The position numbers and the translations under genes were made by a program. Below, one piece after another: positions 21,301-30,427 of a stretch of 64,000 nucleotides of DNA. Source of the stretch: an uncultured virus (IMG/VR IMGVR_UViG_3300025309_000012) (lineage: Duplodnaviria; Heunggongvirae; Uroviricota; Caudoviricetes); the IMG/VR virus record IMGVR_UViG_3300025309_000012. One strand, 5' to 3'. A model generated the notes under the pieces. That model saw only the letters and a program-made list of their open reading frames with translations, made no database searches and was not told the origin of the DNA. How positions within the stretch are numbered: position 1 is the stretch's first letter; every line of letters begins with the position of its first letter.

Positions 21301-23341
21301 CTGTTTTATTCACCTCTGCCGTAAGCTTCTCTAGTTCATTTCTTGCATTATATCCACCATCTTTTAAGCTATTTAAATCTTCTGCGAACTGTCCGGTAAT
21401 CATTTTTGCATTAGCTTCAGCAGCAGCAGAATTGTTAGTTGATTCTTTTAGTTCTTCAAGTTTTGTTTTTAAAGAGGATAAATATTCTTTTACTTTCGTA
21501 GTTTTTTCAGAAATATCCGATGGGGATAGTGTGCCCTCAATTGCGGGGATTATTTCAGAGCTTATGGTACTACTTGTTTCTGTTTTACCATAGATAATTT
21601 GGTCTGACTTTTGTTTCCTCACTTCCATTTCAGCTTGCAATTGCAATGCTTTTTCAGCTTCTTTATTAGTCAATCCTAATTTATCAGCCAATTGGCTAAA
21701 TTTATCTACTAAAGTACCTAAAAAACCCCAAGCCTGAAGGCCGGAAAAATAATAAACAAATTTCCCGCCTAATTCAACAAGGTATAGCATCCCGCTTATT
21801 AATTTACTTATTCCCTTACTTGTCATTGTTAATGAGCCATCTGCATTCATTAACAATGCGTTCCACTTTTCAGCTAAAGAAATAAGATTCTCATAAGTCC
21901 GCTTAAACCCGTCTCTTAAAATCCTATTGTGAATAGTCTCCATAGTAGAACCGATTACAGCCCAGTTGTGCTGTAAATCTTTACTTGCAGGGCCAAAACC
22001 AACAAGTAAAGCGCCTACCTTTTCTATTAACACACCTTGTTGTCGCCACGTAACAAGGTGAGATTTTATTTCAGGGTCAATTGACTGAAGGGTTTTGACT
22101 AAAATATTAGAATCTCTCAACTGGCCCTGAACCAAAGACCTGATCTCTTGTCTCATTTGGATTTCTTGGTTCTGGCCTTGGGTCAAGAGTTTTAAAGCAT
22201 TTGCTATATTGGTGAATCCGTCCAATGTGCCTTGATTAGCAGTATCTATCTTTACAGAACCTTTAATAAATTGTTCTGCCATAATAGTTAAATCTCTGCC
22301 ACTTGCAACAGTCCTAGCATCTAAAATTTCCATTGTTTGGACTAATTTTGTCGCTTCTTGCTTTGCCCCTGCATAAATTTCACCTACATTGCTTAAATTA
22401 ATATTTCTGTCAAATGTAGTTAAAAATGCTGCCATGCTAGCAATACTTACTTGGTAATCTTCGACAGCTTTTAGACCTTTAACAAACTCATCTCTAACAG
22501 CCCTCAGAATAGCGTACATTGCAGCAATAGCACCGGTAGCAATAGCAAAGCCGGGGGCTGCTAACAAAACTTGTTTTGAAATAGCAACAGTATTTTGAAG
22601 ATATGATTTTTGAGGCCCAAGACTGGCATTATATTCTTTTCTTGCCTGTTCAATCCCTCTGGTAAGTTGATTATATTGATTTTTATCTTGAGAAGCAGAG
22701 GCTTTTTGGGCGAACCTTTCCTGAGCATCATACATTTGCTGCCAGCTCTTCATTTGAGAAGTAGCTGCTCTTTGCACTGTTTGGGAATATTGATATTGAG
22801 CCTTAGCATCAGCCGCATAATAATCTTGAGACAATCTTTGTCTTTGCGTAAAAGCGGCCTTTTCTTCTTTTAATTGCTGTTGGTTTAAGGCTGTTTTTGA
22901 TTTTAAAGAAGAAGAATCAAGCTGTTCCTGAAGTTTTAGCTGTTGCTGATTTAAAGCTGTTTTTGATTTTAGAATAGACGCATCGATTTGCTGAATTTCT
23001 TTTAACTGTTGTTGATTTAAAGCAGTCCTAGCTCTTAAAGTATCAGACATAGATTGTCTGATATATTTTTCATAATTCAAATTGCCTTGCATAATAGCAG
23101 CACTAGCTTTATCATTTGTTCTAATAGATTCAGCAACTGCTTTTTTTGTAGCCCTGTCTTTTTCAGCTATAAATTTATTATATTCTTCTAATTGACTGCT
23201 AGTAGATTTTTTAGCAGAAGCAATATTAATACTTTCAATTTCTCGGGCAGACCTCTCCACCTCTGCTTTTTGTTTTAACAAAGCGTCTTTAAATTGAGAA
23301 ATATCAAGCTTTAATTGAATAAATATTTCGCCAAGTCGCAT
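18386..23341 (-). CDS. tail tape measure protein
   Basis: 1651 aa, helical, MRLGEIFIQLKLD start, Gly/Ala-rich hydrophobic stretch, follows the chaperone pair. Confidence 0.9.
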   Translation of the reverse strand: MRLGEIFIQLKLDISQFKDALLKQKAEVERSAREIESINIASAKKSTSSQLEEYNKFIAEKDRATKKAVAESIRTNDKASAAIMQGNLNYEKYIRQSMSDTLRARTALNQQQLKEIQQIDASILKSKTALNQQQLKLQEQLDSSSLKSKTALNQQQLKEEKAAFTQRQRLSQDYYAADAKAQYQYSQTVQRAATSQMKSWQQMYDAQERFAQKASASQDKNQYNQLTRGIEQARKEYNASLGPQKSYLQNTVAISKQVLLAAPGFAIATGAIAAMYAILRAVRDEFVKGLKAVEDYQVSIASMAAFLTTFDRNINLSNVGEIYAGAKQEATKLVQTMEILDARTVASGRDLTIMAEQFIKGSVKIDTANQGTLDGFTNIANALKLLTQGQNQEIQMRQEIRSLVQGQLRDSNILVKTLQSIDPEIKSHLVTWRQQGVLIEKVGALLVGFGPASKDLQHNWAVIGSTMETIHNRILRDGFKRTYENLISLAEKWNALLMNADGSLTMTSKGISKLISGMLYLVELGGKFVYYFSGLQAWGFLGTLVDKFSQLADKLGLTNKEAEKALQLQAEMEVRKQKSDQIIYGKTETSSTISSEIIPAIEGTLSPSDISEKTTKVKEYLSSLKTKLEELKESTNNSAAAEANAKMITGQFAEDLNSLKDGGYNARNELEKLTAEVNKTAGSIDSLTAQKKLQQLADSLNIKTAALDKSKESEMAATLASKEWQATIAMAGENSQKYVDMIMATSKGIDNEKTINDLQQLIDKIKVKDSALDESKASEMAALLVTDEWRLRIEKAGNAAKNLSADLMAASIEFDKNKAAMKADSSLETLQNRLESQASAFDKGDSALQKYNKNLELLAEYLKKASPEGKKLEQTIKDLNAQILKGDISKLTDKLDEFVNKYNESGNLTPLQKGLHSLNIEYEKMIEVLNGVIAANEKLIAQGEQPVFPTEKAKEYKEALLDAKNNGIKQLEYEHDEFRKKVERIWENMYDNLQDLTAQWLYDWKFDIDSLNDLFKKAVAEMVSAWLWGQTQMQVSGSSGSLSSSLSSLGGAAGVSSAAMASNGSYLPGALSLGNEVLNPGSYAASSAALQSSVSWGLTNMASSVNSLTTSTNMFGNALDSAAFGVSNMSSAAFGGWTAGITTFIAGLLNGKDFGQSAAEGAGAGAGAYAGAQVGAYFGPWGAGIGAILGGMLGALGVGSLFGNNKERAYMYSNYTLDYKSGQGFVQTGKNTPYDRKGGSASFAPAADALTGSLSSALNQLTSMFSSQISMFGKAASNQYETFLKNFSAVAVGSRESSFTSGSTIVGNKPKSSAITIGQYYQAEDAGEAQATVANVVKAFTSGVITPLISGSVGIMRKALQSDFNELDLSVFSNIAKNKIQAALTDALDIMKIGKISDEAGLTKALENIDIAMSGIQAIFDYITQIKELQASWQDIIDKNTMTDAEYQLKQLNKWYEEQTALANSLGMNLGVLNQAYKVQVDQIKATSQSLDVNPMIQLVKDYLDFVNNIQFSDLAPVQSVEQYQNRYNELLGLSRSGDTDATNSLMDFVSSQYLPFLKNFTGDETDYKDLYNELFGPSGTLRNLVVSTSDVLVDGEKIGAGILKAIEPYLIPGEGGINLTIKIGDKTISDLVVSAIRSGDVELISAIGSV

Positions 23342-23390
23342 ATTATACCAAACAATTAAAAGAATTCATAAATAATACCCCTAAAATAGA

Positions 23391-23432
23391 AAATGGCTAG
23401 GAAATAACCATTAAATTATTTCCTAGCCATTT
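23391..23432 (-). terminator. 17-bp perfect hairpin followed by a U-rich tract on the - strand
   Basis: AAATGGCTAGGAAATAA / TTATTTCCTAGCCATTT. Confidence 0.6.
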
Positions 23433-23767
23433 CTTGGATTTGCCTCTTCTATCTTTTTAATATGATTGAAAATTTTCAAAACTTTTTCAAACGTTTTGAC
23501 TCTATCCCCAACCTTCAATTCATCAATTAATTTCCAAATAGGCTCATGTTTTAATGCGACCGATTTTATGCCACCAAACCCACCAACCCAAATCCTTTGA
23601 TCGCTTACTAAATTCCAAATCCTTATTGCGTCACCGTTAGATAACCAAAGACTCGGCATACATTCAGCACACGGAGGGTCTTGAAATTGGTGTATTGCAA
23701 GTTTTTTACAAGTCTTGCAATCAAATTTCTTAGTGGCTAACCTCTCCGCATACTCAATTAGTTTTTT
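23423..23767 (-). CDS. tail assembly chaperone T-like extension, read by -1 frameshift
   Basis: -1 frame open from the slippery site (KLIEYAERLATKKFDCKTC...CAECMPSLW) into ORF 23423..23659. Confidence 0.75.
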   Translation of the reverse strand, partial: KKLIEYAERLATKKFDCKTCKKLAIHQFQDPPCAECMPSLWLSNGDAIRIWNLVSDQRIWVGGFGGIKSVALKHEPIWKLIDELKVGDRVKTFEKVLKIFNHIKKIEEANPRNG

Positions 23768-24171
23768 ACTTCTTCATCCTCAACCAAGTCCAGTTCCTTC
23801 TGTAGCTCGCCCAGACACTTATTAGCCCATTTAGCAAACACAGGACTGCCATAAAATAATTTGAGTTTATTTTCATCTGTACAAGGTATTGACTCCCCAT
23901 TTTTTTGCATCAATGTCCACGTCTCAATTTGATAGCAGATAATGGCATCATTAAACTTCATCATGATATCATCATTACCATCAACATCAATTACACTGTC
24001 CATTCTTCTTGTAAGAGTGTTGGGAATATATTTCTGTTTTGACTTAAGACCTAATTTTTTTCTAATTTCTTGCATTTTTTCATCAGGAATAAGCCTGAAA
24101 TTAACACTCTCAGTTTTATTTTCATCCCAATAAAATTCCCGTGATGGGTTCAAACATTCCAAATCCCACAT
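23758..24171 (-). CDS. tail assembly chaperone (G-like)
   Basis: between major tail and tape measure genes; ends EEVKN on the slippery heptamer AAAAAAC. Confidence 0.8.
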   Translation of the reverse strand: MWDLECLNPSREFYWDENKTESVNFRLIPDEKMQEIRKKLGLKSKQKYIPNTLTRRMDSVIDVDGNDDIMMKFNDAIICYQIETWTLMQKNGESIPCTDENKLKLFYGSPVFAKWANKCLGELQKELDLVEDEEVKN

Positions 24172-24916
24172 AAATTTTTCTCTCCCTTTTTATGTTTCTC
24201 TTTATGGCACTTCTTACAGAATGTTTGCCCATTGCCAACATTCCAAAGTTCACCACAATTTTCAGCTTCTTCTATTGTCTTAATCTCGTTTTCTTTTATT
24301 ATCTTAGCAAATTCTTTAATATGATGAGCGTTTAGATCACCGTTACCTCTAATAAGACACTTTTCACATGTAAAATCATCTCTGATAAAAACAAGATTTC
24401 TCCATTCTTTATATTTATCGAGCTTTCTTATTCTTTTTACTAAACTAGTAATTCCACCTTTCCAATTAGGATTTTTATCTCCATTCTTTTGCTTCACTAA
24501 TTTACTTATTTTTAATTTATGTTCTTCAGTAAATTTTTTACCTAAATGAGAATCACTTATTTTCTTTTTACTTTCTTCTGTATGAGTCTTACCTAATAAA
24601 GAATTGCTAATTTTATTTTTGTCTCTTCGGTATGATGTTTCCCATAAAAGGGATTTCCTTCACCTACAAGACTAATTTTCAAAGCAACACTTATCTTTTT
24701 ATTATGGATCTCTGGCCTATTTTTATTATAGTGCCCAGAGATATATTTATTCCAAACTAATTTCCATCTATCAAAGGAAACATGTTCTCCACAACCACAA
24801 GAATATAATGGAGACATTTTATTTTTTAAATTATCCAAATGTCCTTTTATAAACTTATGCCTTTTATTTGTTACAATTTCACCACAACCACACAAGCAAA
24901 ATCTAATATCACCCAT
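24150..24916 (-). pseudogene. NUMOD3-repeat HNH homing endonuclease split by a 1-nt frameshift near 24615-24620
   Basis: CLCGCG, NPFYGKHHTEETK; the -1 frame continues KISNSLLGKTHTEESKKKIS...NPNWKGG...RDDFTC..C...HHIK...N..T.C..CH. Confidence 0.8.
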
Positions 24917-24950
24917 TTTTAATATCTCTGTAATATCACTGATTATAAAA

Positions 24951-25004
24951 TAATAGGCAACAAGTTCAGAATACTTGCTTTCGGTTGGCCAACCTAGCCC
25001 ATTA
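24951..25004 (-). ncRNA. putative structured leader motif, copy A
   Basis: P1-UA-P2-GAAA-P3-P1' fold shared with copies B and C. Confidence 0.55.
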
Positions 25005-25012
25005 CAATCAAA

Positions 25013-25429
25013 TTATACCAACGTCATAAAACCAGAAACTTTGCAAGAAAATGAAGCAGTAACTAACTGTGATTTATCAGCATCTACGTTCCATTCCGTA
25101 ATCCAGACATAGGATAACGGGTTAGTAGTTGATGGAGTATAATAACTGTTATCGTCTATATAGAAACGGATATCACTTACACTCGTGTTACTAGCATTGT
25201 AATTTCGTAATGAGGTCTGACCGTTAGCATCAGTACCGTCAAACAATCCGTTAAAACTAATAGTCCCACCATCACGTAAACCCGGACGAAATTGTTTCCA
25301 TTCATCTCCAAATGCTGAAGTTTCCAACAGATCTGTGGTGACGCCTGACATTGACCACGTTCCCATTAAAGAAATACTATTTGATCCTAAAGTTACTTTA
25401 CCATCAGCACCTCTATAAGATGTCGCCAT
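25013..25429 (-). CDS. major tail (tube) protein
   Basis: ETSAFGDEWKQF.PGL.DGGTISF, S.SCKVSG; position. Confidence 0.85.
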   Translation of the reverse strand: MATSYRGADGKVTLGSNSISLMGTWSMSGVTTDLLETSAFGDEWKQFRPGLRDGGTISFNGLFDGTDANGQTSLRNYNASNTSVSDIRFYIDDNSYYTPSTTNPLSYVWITEWNVDADKSQLVTASFSCKVSGFMTLV

Positions 25430-25432
25430 ATT

Positions 25433-26089
25433 TTAACCCTCCATATTTTGCAATTTCTTCACATGTTTATATAAAGCATATGTTGACCAATTTATTTCTA
25501 AAGTTGACAAATGCCCTATATCTATAGTCGTATCACAAAAAATACGATACCCATTCTGTTTCAATTTATAACAAAAACCAATATCTTCTCCAACAAGACT
25601 TCCTTTTTCATCTCTACCAAATTCAAACCAAGGAGGGTCTATCTTCAAAAAGACCTCAGTATTATACAATACGCAACCACATCCAGTAGCATCAATTTCG
25701 AGCAACTCTTTTCTTTCTCTCGAATCTAAAATATCCTCATCTGAAACATGGACATACATACTTGGAATCCCGCGATATAAAATACAATCAAATCCCGGAT
25801 ACCTACGATGAACTATAGAAGAAGTTACATCTTTATTATGAGATAAAAGTTTTTCAATCGTATCTACAGGGAATACCTGATCACTGTCCATCATCAATAA
25901 ATGAGTACAACCATTTTCTAAAGCTCTTTCAACTAGCTGATTTCTAACATCAGCAATATTCATTCCACTATATTGAGGCCTTAGATATAAAAAACTCGGC
26001 TTTCGCATCATTACAAAACTATCAAGAAACGCTGCTGGGACCGTTGGGTCTACTAATGGAATTCCTATAGCAAGTTTAATTTTTTCCAT
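25433..26089 (-). CDS. GT-A fold glycosyltransferase (GT2-like), paralog 1
   Basis: RNQLV, THLLMMDSD, GCGCVL, PWF, GEDIGFC, IGH. Confidence 0.8.
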   Translation of the reverse strand: MEKIKLAIGIPLVDPTVPAAFLDSFVMMRKPSFLYLRPQYSGMNIADVRNQLVERALENGCTHLLMMDSDQVFPVDTIEKLLSHNKDVTSSIVHRRYPGFDCILYRGIPSMYVHVSDEDILDSRERKELLEIDATGCGCVLYNTEVFLKIDPPWFEFGRDEKGSLVGEDIGFCYKLKQNGYRIFCDTTIDIGHLSTLEINWSTYALYKHVKKLQNMEG

Positions 26090-26102
26090 AATTTCTCCCG
26101 AA

Positions 26103-26894
26103 TTATAGGTTATTCAAAAACTCTTCAATTTCTTTATCTGTTTTATTTTGTTTCTTCAAAAGATAAAGACACTTATTTCTTTTTAATAGTTTATCAACAT
26201 TTAAGCTTTTAACTGTTGATTCATGTGCTTGATGTAAAGTCAGTAGATCATCTCTTAAGATAAATCCTATCCCACTTTTTTCTACATCGTCCCTAAAGGC
26301 ATCATCATCATAAGCATAGCCCTTACTAAATCTTTCATCAAATCCACCCATCTTTAAATAATTTTCTTTTGATAAACAACTACAAAAATGATATCTCGCA
26401 TTCCTAAATTTTGTATGTTGATACCAAGAATGATGTTCGTATTTAAAACTATCAAAGGAATCAGAGAATAATTTAAATTTGTGGATATTCTCACAACCGC
26501 ATACTATATAAGAATTTGGTTGATTGTCAAAGATCTTGTCAAACCCGGCCAGAATATTTTCTTTATGAAAAACTTCTGGATTTGTTATGCAAATATATTC
26601 ACCGCTCGCTTTAGAAACACCTAAATTAAATAATGGAGCGGGGTTATGATTATTGATAAAATTAGATTCTACCAACTTGATATCAATATACTTATCGGCA
26701 TTTTTAGTAAAAAACTTTAATATTTCTTTTAATTTATGGTGTTCTTTACCATCCTCTCTGTTTTTAACATCTTCAACAATTATTACTTCATAATCATCTC
26801 TATTTTTATAATGATGATAGTAAGACAACAATGTATTATGCAGCCATCCAGCCCTTTTTATATACGGGAATACTATTGAATATTTTTTACTCAT
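26103..26894 (-). CDS. glycosyltransferase (GT2 with GT7-like C-terminus)
   Basis: YSIVFPY, YEVIIVED, NLGV..A.GEY, GGFDERF..GYAYDD. Confidence 0.8.
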   Translation of the reverse strand: MSKKYSIVFPYIKRAGWLHNTLLSYYHHYKNRDDYEVIIVEDVKNREDGKEHHKLKEILKFFTKNADKYIDIKLVESNFINNHNPAPLFNLGVSKASGEYICITNPEVFHKENILAGFDKIFDNQPNSYIVCGCENIHKFKLFSDSFDSFKYEHHSWYQHTKFRNARYHFCSCLSKENYLKMGGFDERFSKGYAYDDDAFRDDVEKSGIGFILRDDLLTLHQAHESTVKSLNVDKLLKRNKCLYLLKKQNKTDKEIEEFLNNL

Positions 26895-27711
26895 TAATAC
26901 CAGCCATTAATTTTAGAAGAAAATTGTCAAAGGTTTCAATATTTTCTTGTGTTACAATATTTTCGTATTCACTAGTTTTTTCAGCACCAGCAAACCAATG
27001 AATACCAACCGTATTCTCAAATAAATTAGAGTGCTTGCCAAAAATTAATTCAATTTGTCTCCAGTCAAATGGATAGACAGTTGTAAATGGAATATTATCA
27101 ATTTTACATTCATGTTTTTCTGAAAAATCTTCAGTATTTTTTTTGTTATATTTAAAAAAAGAAGTAAATAAATCTCTCCCAATTGTTTGATATTGCAAAT
27201 TATCTATTTTATTTATAGAGTTTACACACATATCAAACAATTGTTTAAAAAATTTATTATCCCCAGCACTTGCCAAAAATCCAATATTATGACAATTATA
27301 GTGATAACAAATTAGAGTATCTTTATTTTCAAATTTATTAAAAATTTTATCTACAGAAGAAGTATAAAAAATATCAAAGTCTGACCACAAGCCCCCAACA
27401 GATGAAAGCAAACTCAATCTTAATAAATCCGACTTATGAACTTCAGATATTTCTTTGGCTAATTTAAAATCAGTTTCAACCAAAGACACATTTTTTATAT
27501 TAGCCAAATCATCAAAATAGTCCTTCCCTACAGGGCAATATTTTTTTTGTTCAAACCCATCCCATTTAATTTCTTTATTAATATTTTTAGGATAGTAAAC
27601 AAAAATTTGCCAATCCGGGTTTAATTTAGAAAAAGAAACAACTGTCAAATATTTCATATAAGACAATGGTTTATTTTTACCCCAATATAGATGAATTTTC
27701 TTAGGTATCAT
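26887..27711 (-). CDS. GT32/DXD-family glycosyltransferase
   Basis: MIPKKIHLYW, KSDLLRL..L...GGLWSDFD, GIHW. Confidence 0.8.
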   Translation of the reverse strand: MIPKKIHLYWGKNKPLSYMKYLTVVSFSKLNPDWQIFVYYPKNINKEIKWDGFEQKKYCPVGKDYFDDLANIKNVSLVETDFKLAKEISEVHKSDLLRLSLLSSVGGLWSDFDIFYTSSVDKIFNKFENKDTLICYHYNCHNIGFLASAGDNKFFKQLFDMCVNSINKIDNLQYQTIGRDLFTSFFKYNKKNTEDFSEKHECKIDNIPFTTVYPFDWRQIELIFGKHSNLFENTVGIHWFAGAEKTSEYENIVTQENIETFDNFLLKLMAGINE

Positions 27712-28256
27712 TTATTCTCCCAAATCGCATACGTATTTTTGTCAATATTATCTGTAGATGTTTTAAACCCAAATTTTTTAAATACTCTATCTGGTATAAA
27801 ACATTTGTGCTCTTGATATTTGTTTATTCCAGTGCCTTTCCAATCTGAATCTGGAGAGTTCTCCATCCATTCAAATATATTATTTTTCTGACCCAACCAA
27901 TTGATGTTAATATTGTCAAAGAAATGAGATGGTGTATAAATAATAACCTTTTTTCTAGCCATTCTTTTCATCTTTTTTATAAGATTATAAGCTTCTTTAA
28001 AATCAAGATGCTCTAATATATCTAAGGCAATTACAACATCAATTGTGTTTATTCCAAATTCATATTTTGTTATATCGGCACAAATAGCATTTACGCCCAG
28101 CAACTTAATTTTATTTATATAAGGCTCATATATATCAAATCCAACAAAAGATTTACACCTTAACCCCATAACCTCTTGCAATACCCCGCATCCAAGGCTT
28201 GAAACAGAATCGTTTCCAGTTATTTCTTTTTGAACTAAATCACCTAGCCAATTCAT
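27708..28256 (-). CDS. class I SAM-dependent methyltransferase
   Basis: SLGCG, GFDI, ADI, DVVIALDILEHL, YTP. Confidence 0.75.
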   Translation of the reverse strand: MNWLGDLVQKEITGNDSVSSLGCGVLQEVMGLRCKSFVGFDIYEPYINKIKLLGVNAICADITKYEFGINTIDVVIALDILEHLDFKEAYNLIKKMKRMARKKVIIYTPSHFFDNININWLGQKNNIFEWMENSPDSDWKGTGINKYQEHKCFIPDRVFKKFGFKTSTDNIDKNTYAIWENK

Positions 28257-28264
28257 AGTAAGCC

Positions 28265-29326
28265 TTAAATAAAATTAATATGTTTTGGTTTATCTTTGAT
28301 ACAATAATTTATGAATTCATTTTTAGCTTTATAAAGACAAGGATTTTTACATCTCAGATCAGGATTATGAGATTTAAACATATTGATCTTGTCATCACTC
28401 ATCCACAAATCTTTGAACGATTGATTTTTTATAGAACCAATCTTCCCTTTTTTATTATACGCAAGTGTACAGCAAGTATAGACATTATAATCAGCCCCTA
28501 CATAAGCAAGTAAATCTTTTGTAGGACAAAAATTATAGTCTTGAACTCCCTCAAACATGTCTTTCATTCTATCATTAAAAAGATTAAAAACAGTAAAATT
28601 ATCATCAGATAGTTCTTGAGCTTTTTTAGCCAACTCAAAAGAATCTTCATATATGCCATCAAAATAAGAATAGCCATCTGGGGTAAAAGCAGCAGATATT
28701 CTAAAATTATCTACTCCAATTTCTTTAAATAATTTTGCTGCATCAAATATTTCTTTGTAATTATATTTGTTAACAACAAATCCTGCTCCTATAACACTAT
28801 CTTTTTTGTATTTAACTAAATTTTTAATATTTTCAATAGTCCTGAAAAACATCTTTTTATTTACTTTTCTAAAAGATGAATATGTTTCTGGTGTAGCACA
28901 ATCAACTGATATTCTAACCCAAGCTGAATCGCTTAAAATCTTACACAATTCATCATCTAACGCCATGCCATTTGAAACTAGAGCTAGTTCTAGTTTTCTA
29001 TCTAATATATCTCTGAATATATTTTTAATTTTTGGGTGGACAAGAGGCTCTCCTCCTCCGGTTATTTGAATAGCTCTTACCCCCATATCAACACAAGAAT
29101 CTAACGTTTCAACAATTTTTTCATAAGAAAGTAAGTCTTTATCATTAAATATTTCATTTGATTTATTCCCCTTCAAGCGATACGCACATGTTAAACAAGA
29201 ATTGTTACACTTATTTGACGGAATAATCTGGACTTGCAATGGATTTGGTTGTTCTCCATCTTTAAACTGAATTAATTTGTCAAAGCTATGAATAATTTTG
29301 TATGGTGAATATTCCTCTTTAATCAT
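28265..29326 (-). CDS. radical SAM enzyme with SPASM/twitch-like C-terminus
   Basis: CNNSCLTC, TGGGEP, RISVD, C...VYTCC...IGSI..QSF...W...C...C. Confidence 0.9.
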   Translation of the reverse strand: MIKEEYSPYKIIHSFDKLIQFKDGEQPNPLQVQIIPSNKCNNSCLTCAYRLKGNKSNEIFNDKDLLSYEKIVETLDSCVDMGVRAIQITGGGEPLVHPKIKNIFRDILDRKLELALVSNGMALDDELCKILSDSAWVRISVDCATPETYSSFRKVNKKMFFRTIENIKNLVKYKKDSVIGAGFVVNKYNYKEIFDAAKLFKEIGVDNFRISAAFTPDGYSYFDGIYEDSFELAKKAQELSDDNFTVFNLFNDRMKDMFEGVQDYNFCPTKDLLAYVGADYNVYTCCTLAYNKKGKIGSIKNQSFKDLWMSDDKINMFKSHNPDLRCKNPCLYKAKNEFINYCIKDKPKHINFI

Positions 29327-29952
29327 TTTTCTCCCCTATTCCAAATTGCCGAAAACTCTTTATCTACTTCAACTGTCCCCAAATGTTTATTTGTACAACT
29401 CGTATCTATAAATATTTTATAGCCAGCTTGTTTAACTAAATTACAAAAATAAACGTCTTCACCAATATCGAATTGAATGTTAGGATCTGGATTTTTCATA
29501 AAAGAAAAATAAGGCTTTTTAATTTTGTTGAAAACATCCATATTAACTAATAAACATGCTGCGCCAACACTATCTACTTCAATTAACTCATTCTCTGGGA
29601 CATTATCTATCGTTTTATAATTGTTTATCATACCATTAAAAGCACAGACTGAATATGGTGTAGTCCTCATAAAAGACAACCCAGATACAATAGGTAAGTT
29701 GTGTGAAAGTAACTTAATTATTGTATCTGGGTTATGTCGATGGTCTACATCAAGAAAAAGTATGTGCGTACAGTTGTATTTTTGTGCGGCGTCAACTAAT
29801 TGATTTCTCATTGATGCCAGTCCTTGATAACCACCAGCTCTAAAAAATACGTGATTATCAGGCTTGCGCATAGCCATGAACGATTCAAAAAATTCAACTG
29901 GTACTGTATTGTGTGTTAATGGCACTCCTATAGCTAATTTTACGTCTTTCAT
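29323..29952 (-). CDS. GT-A fold glycosyltransferase (GT2-like), paralog 2
   Basis: RNQLV, THILFLDVD, GAACLL, GEDVYFC, KHLG. Confidence 0.8.
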   Translation of the reverse strand: MKDVKLAIGVPLTHNTVPVEFFESFMAMRKPDNHVFFRAGGYQGLASMRNQLVDAAQKYNCTHILFLDVDHRHNPDTIIKLLSHNLPIVSGLSFMRTTPYSVCAFNGMINNYKTIDNVPENELIEVDSVGAACLLVNMDVFNKIKKPYFSFMKNPDPNIQFDIGEDVYFCNLVKQAGYKIFIDTSCTNKHLGTVEVDKEFSAIWNRGEK

Positions 29953-30007
29953 TTTTCTCCCGATAATGAATGTTTTATTTTTCTTATCGGAAAATTATAA
30001 AAAGACT

Positions 30008-30427
30008 TTAACTTTTTTGAATAACAACGTTAAATTCGATTGAGTAAACCCAAGATTCATCTTCTTCTATCCAAAACGGGCCAAATATATTCTTTAACCC
30101 CATTCTATGACTATTATATCCTGTTATAGATAATTTATAATTATTAAACTGAGTAATTAAATAGCCTAAAATCGTACCTGCTTCAGAAGAAGAATTTATT
30201 GTATTAGAATGAATATTAAATTGGCAAGTGATGTCATCAATCGCTTGTGTCTGATCAGAAACTGAATTAAAAAAACAGTCATAAGAATGGTTAAATAAAA
30301 AATATCTAACAAATGGAAAGACTGGAACTTGTGGGGCCTTTACAAAATATAACCTGCTACCTATAGATGTATTAAAATTACTAGAAGCCGTTCCCCTTGA
30401 ATAAATTGCAGTAGAAATAGAATTCAT
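30008..30427 (-). CDS. tail terminator/completion protein
   Basis: RLYFVKAPQ...FPFV, QFNI; position. Confidence 0.7.
   Translation of the reverse strand: MNSISTAIYSRGTASSNFNTSIGSRLYFVKAPQVPVFPFVRYFLFNHSYDCFFNSVSDQTQAIDDITCQFNIHSNTINSSSEAGTILGYLITQFNNYKLSITGYNSHRMGLKNIFGPFWIEEDESWVYSIEFNVVIQKS

Noticed and set aside
18965..22873. + strand ORFs inside the tape measure gene, and similar antisense ORFs across 12.4-51.4 kb
   Set aside because: They are shadow ORFs opposite well-supported genes, with no RBS or recognisable motifs.
24951..25004. Assignment of the motif to hammerhead, twister, pistol or c-di-GMP riboswitch classes
   Set aside because: I could not find their diagnostic conserved cores by eye, so the motif is left unnamed pending an Rfam search.
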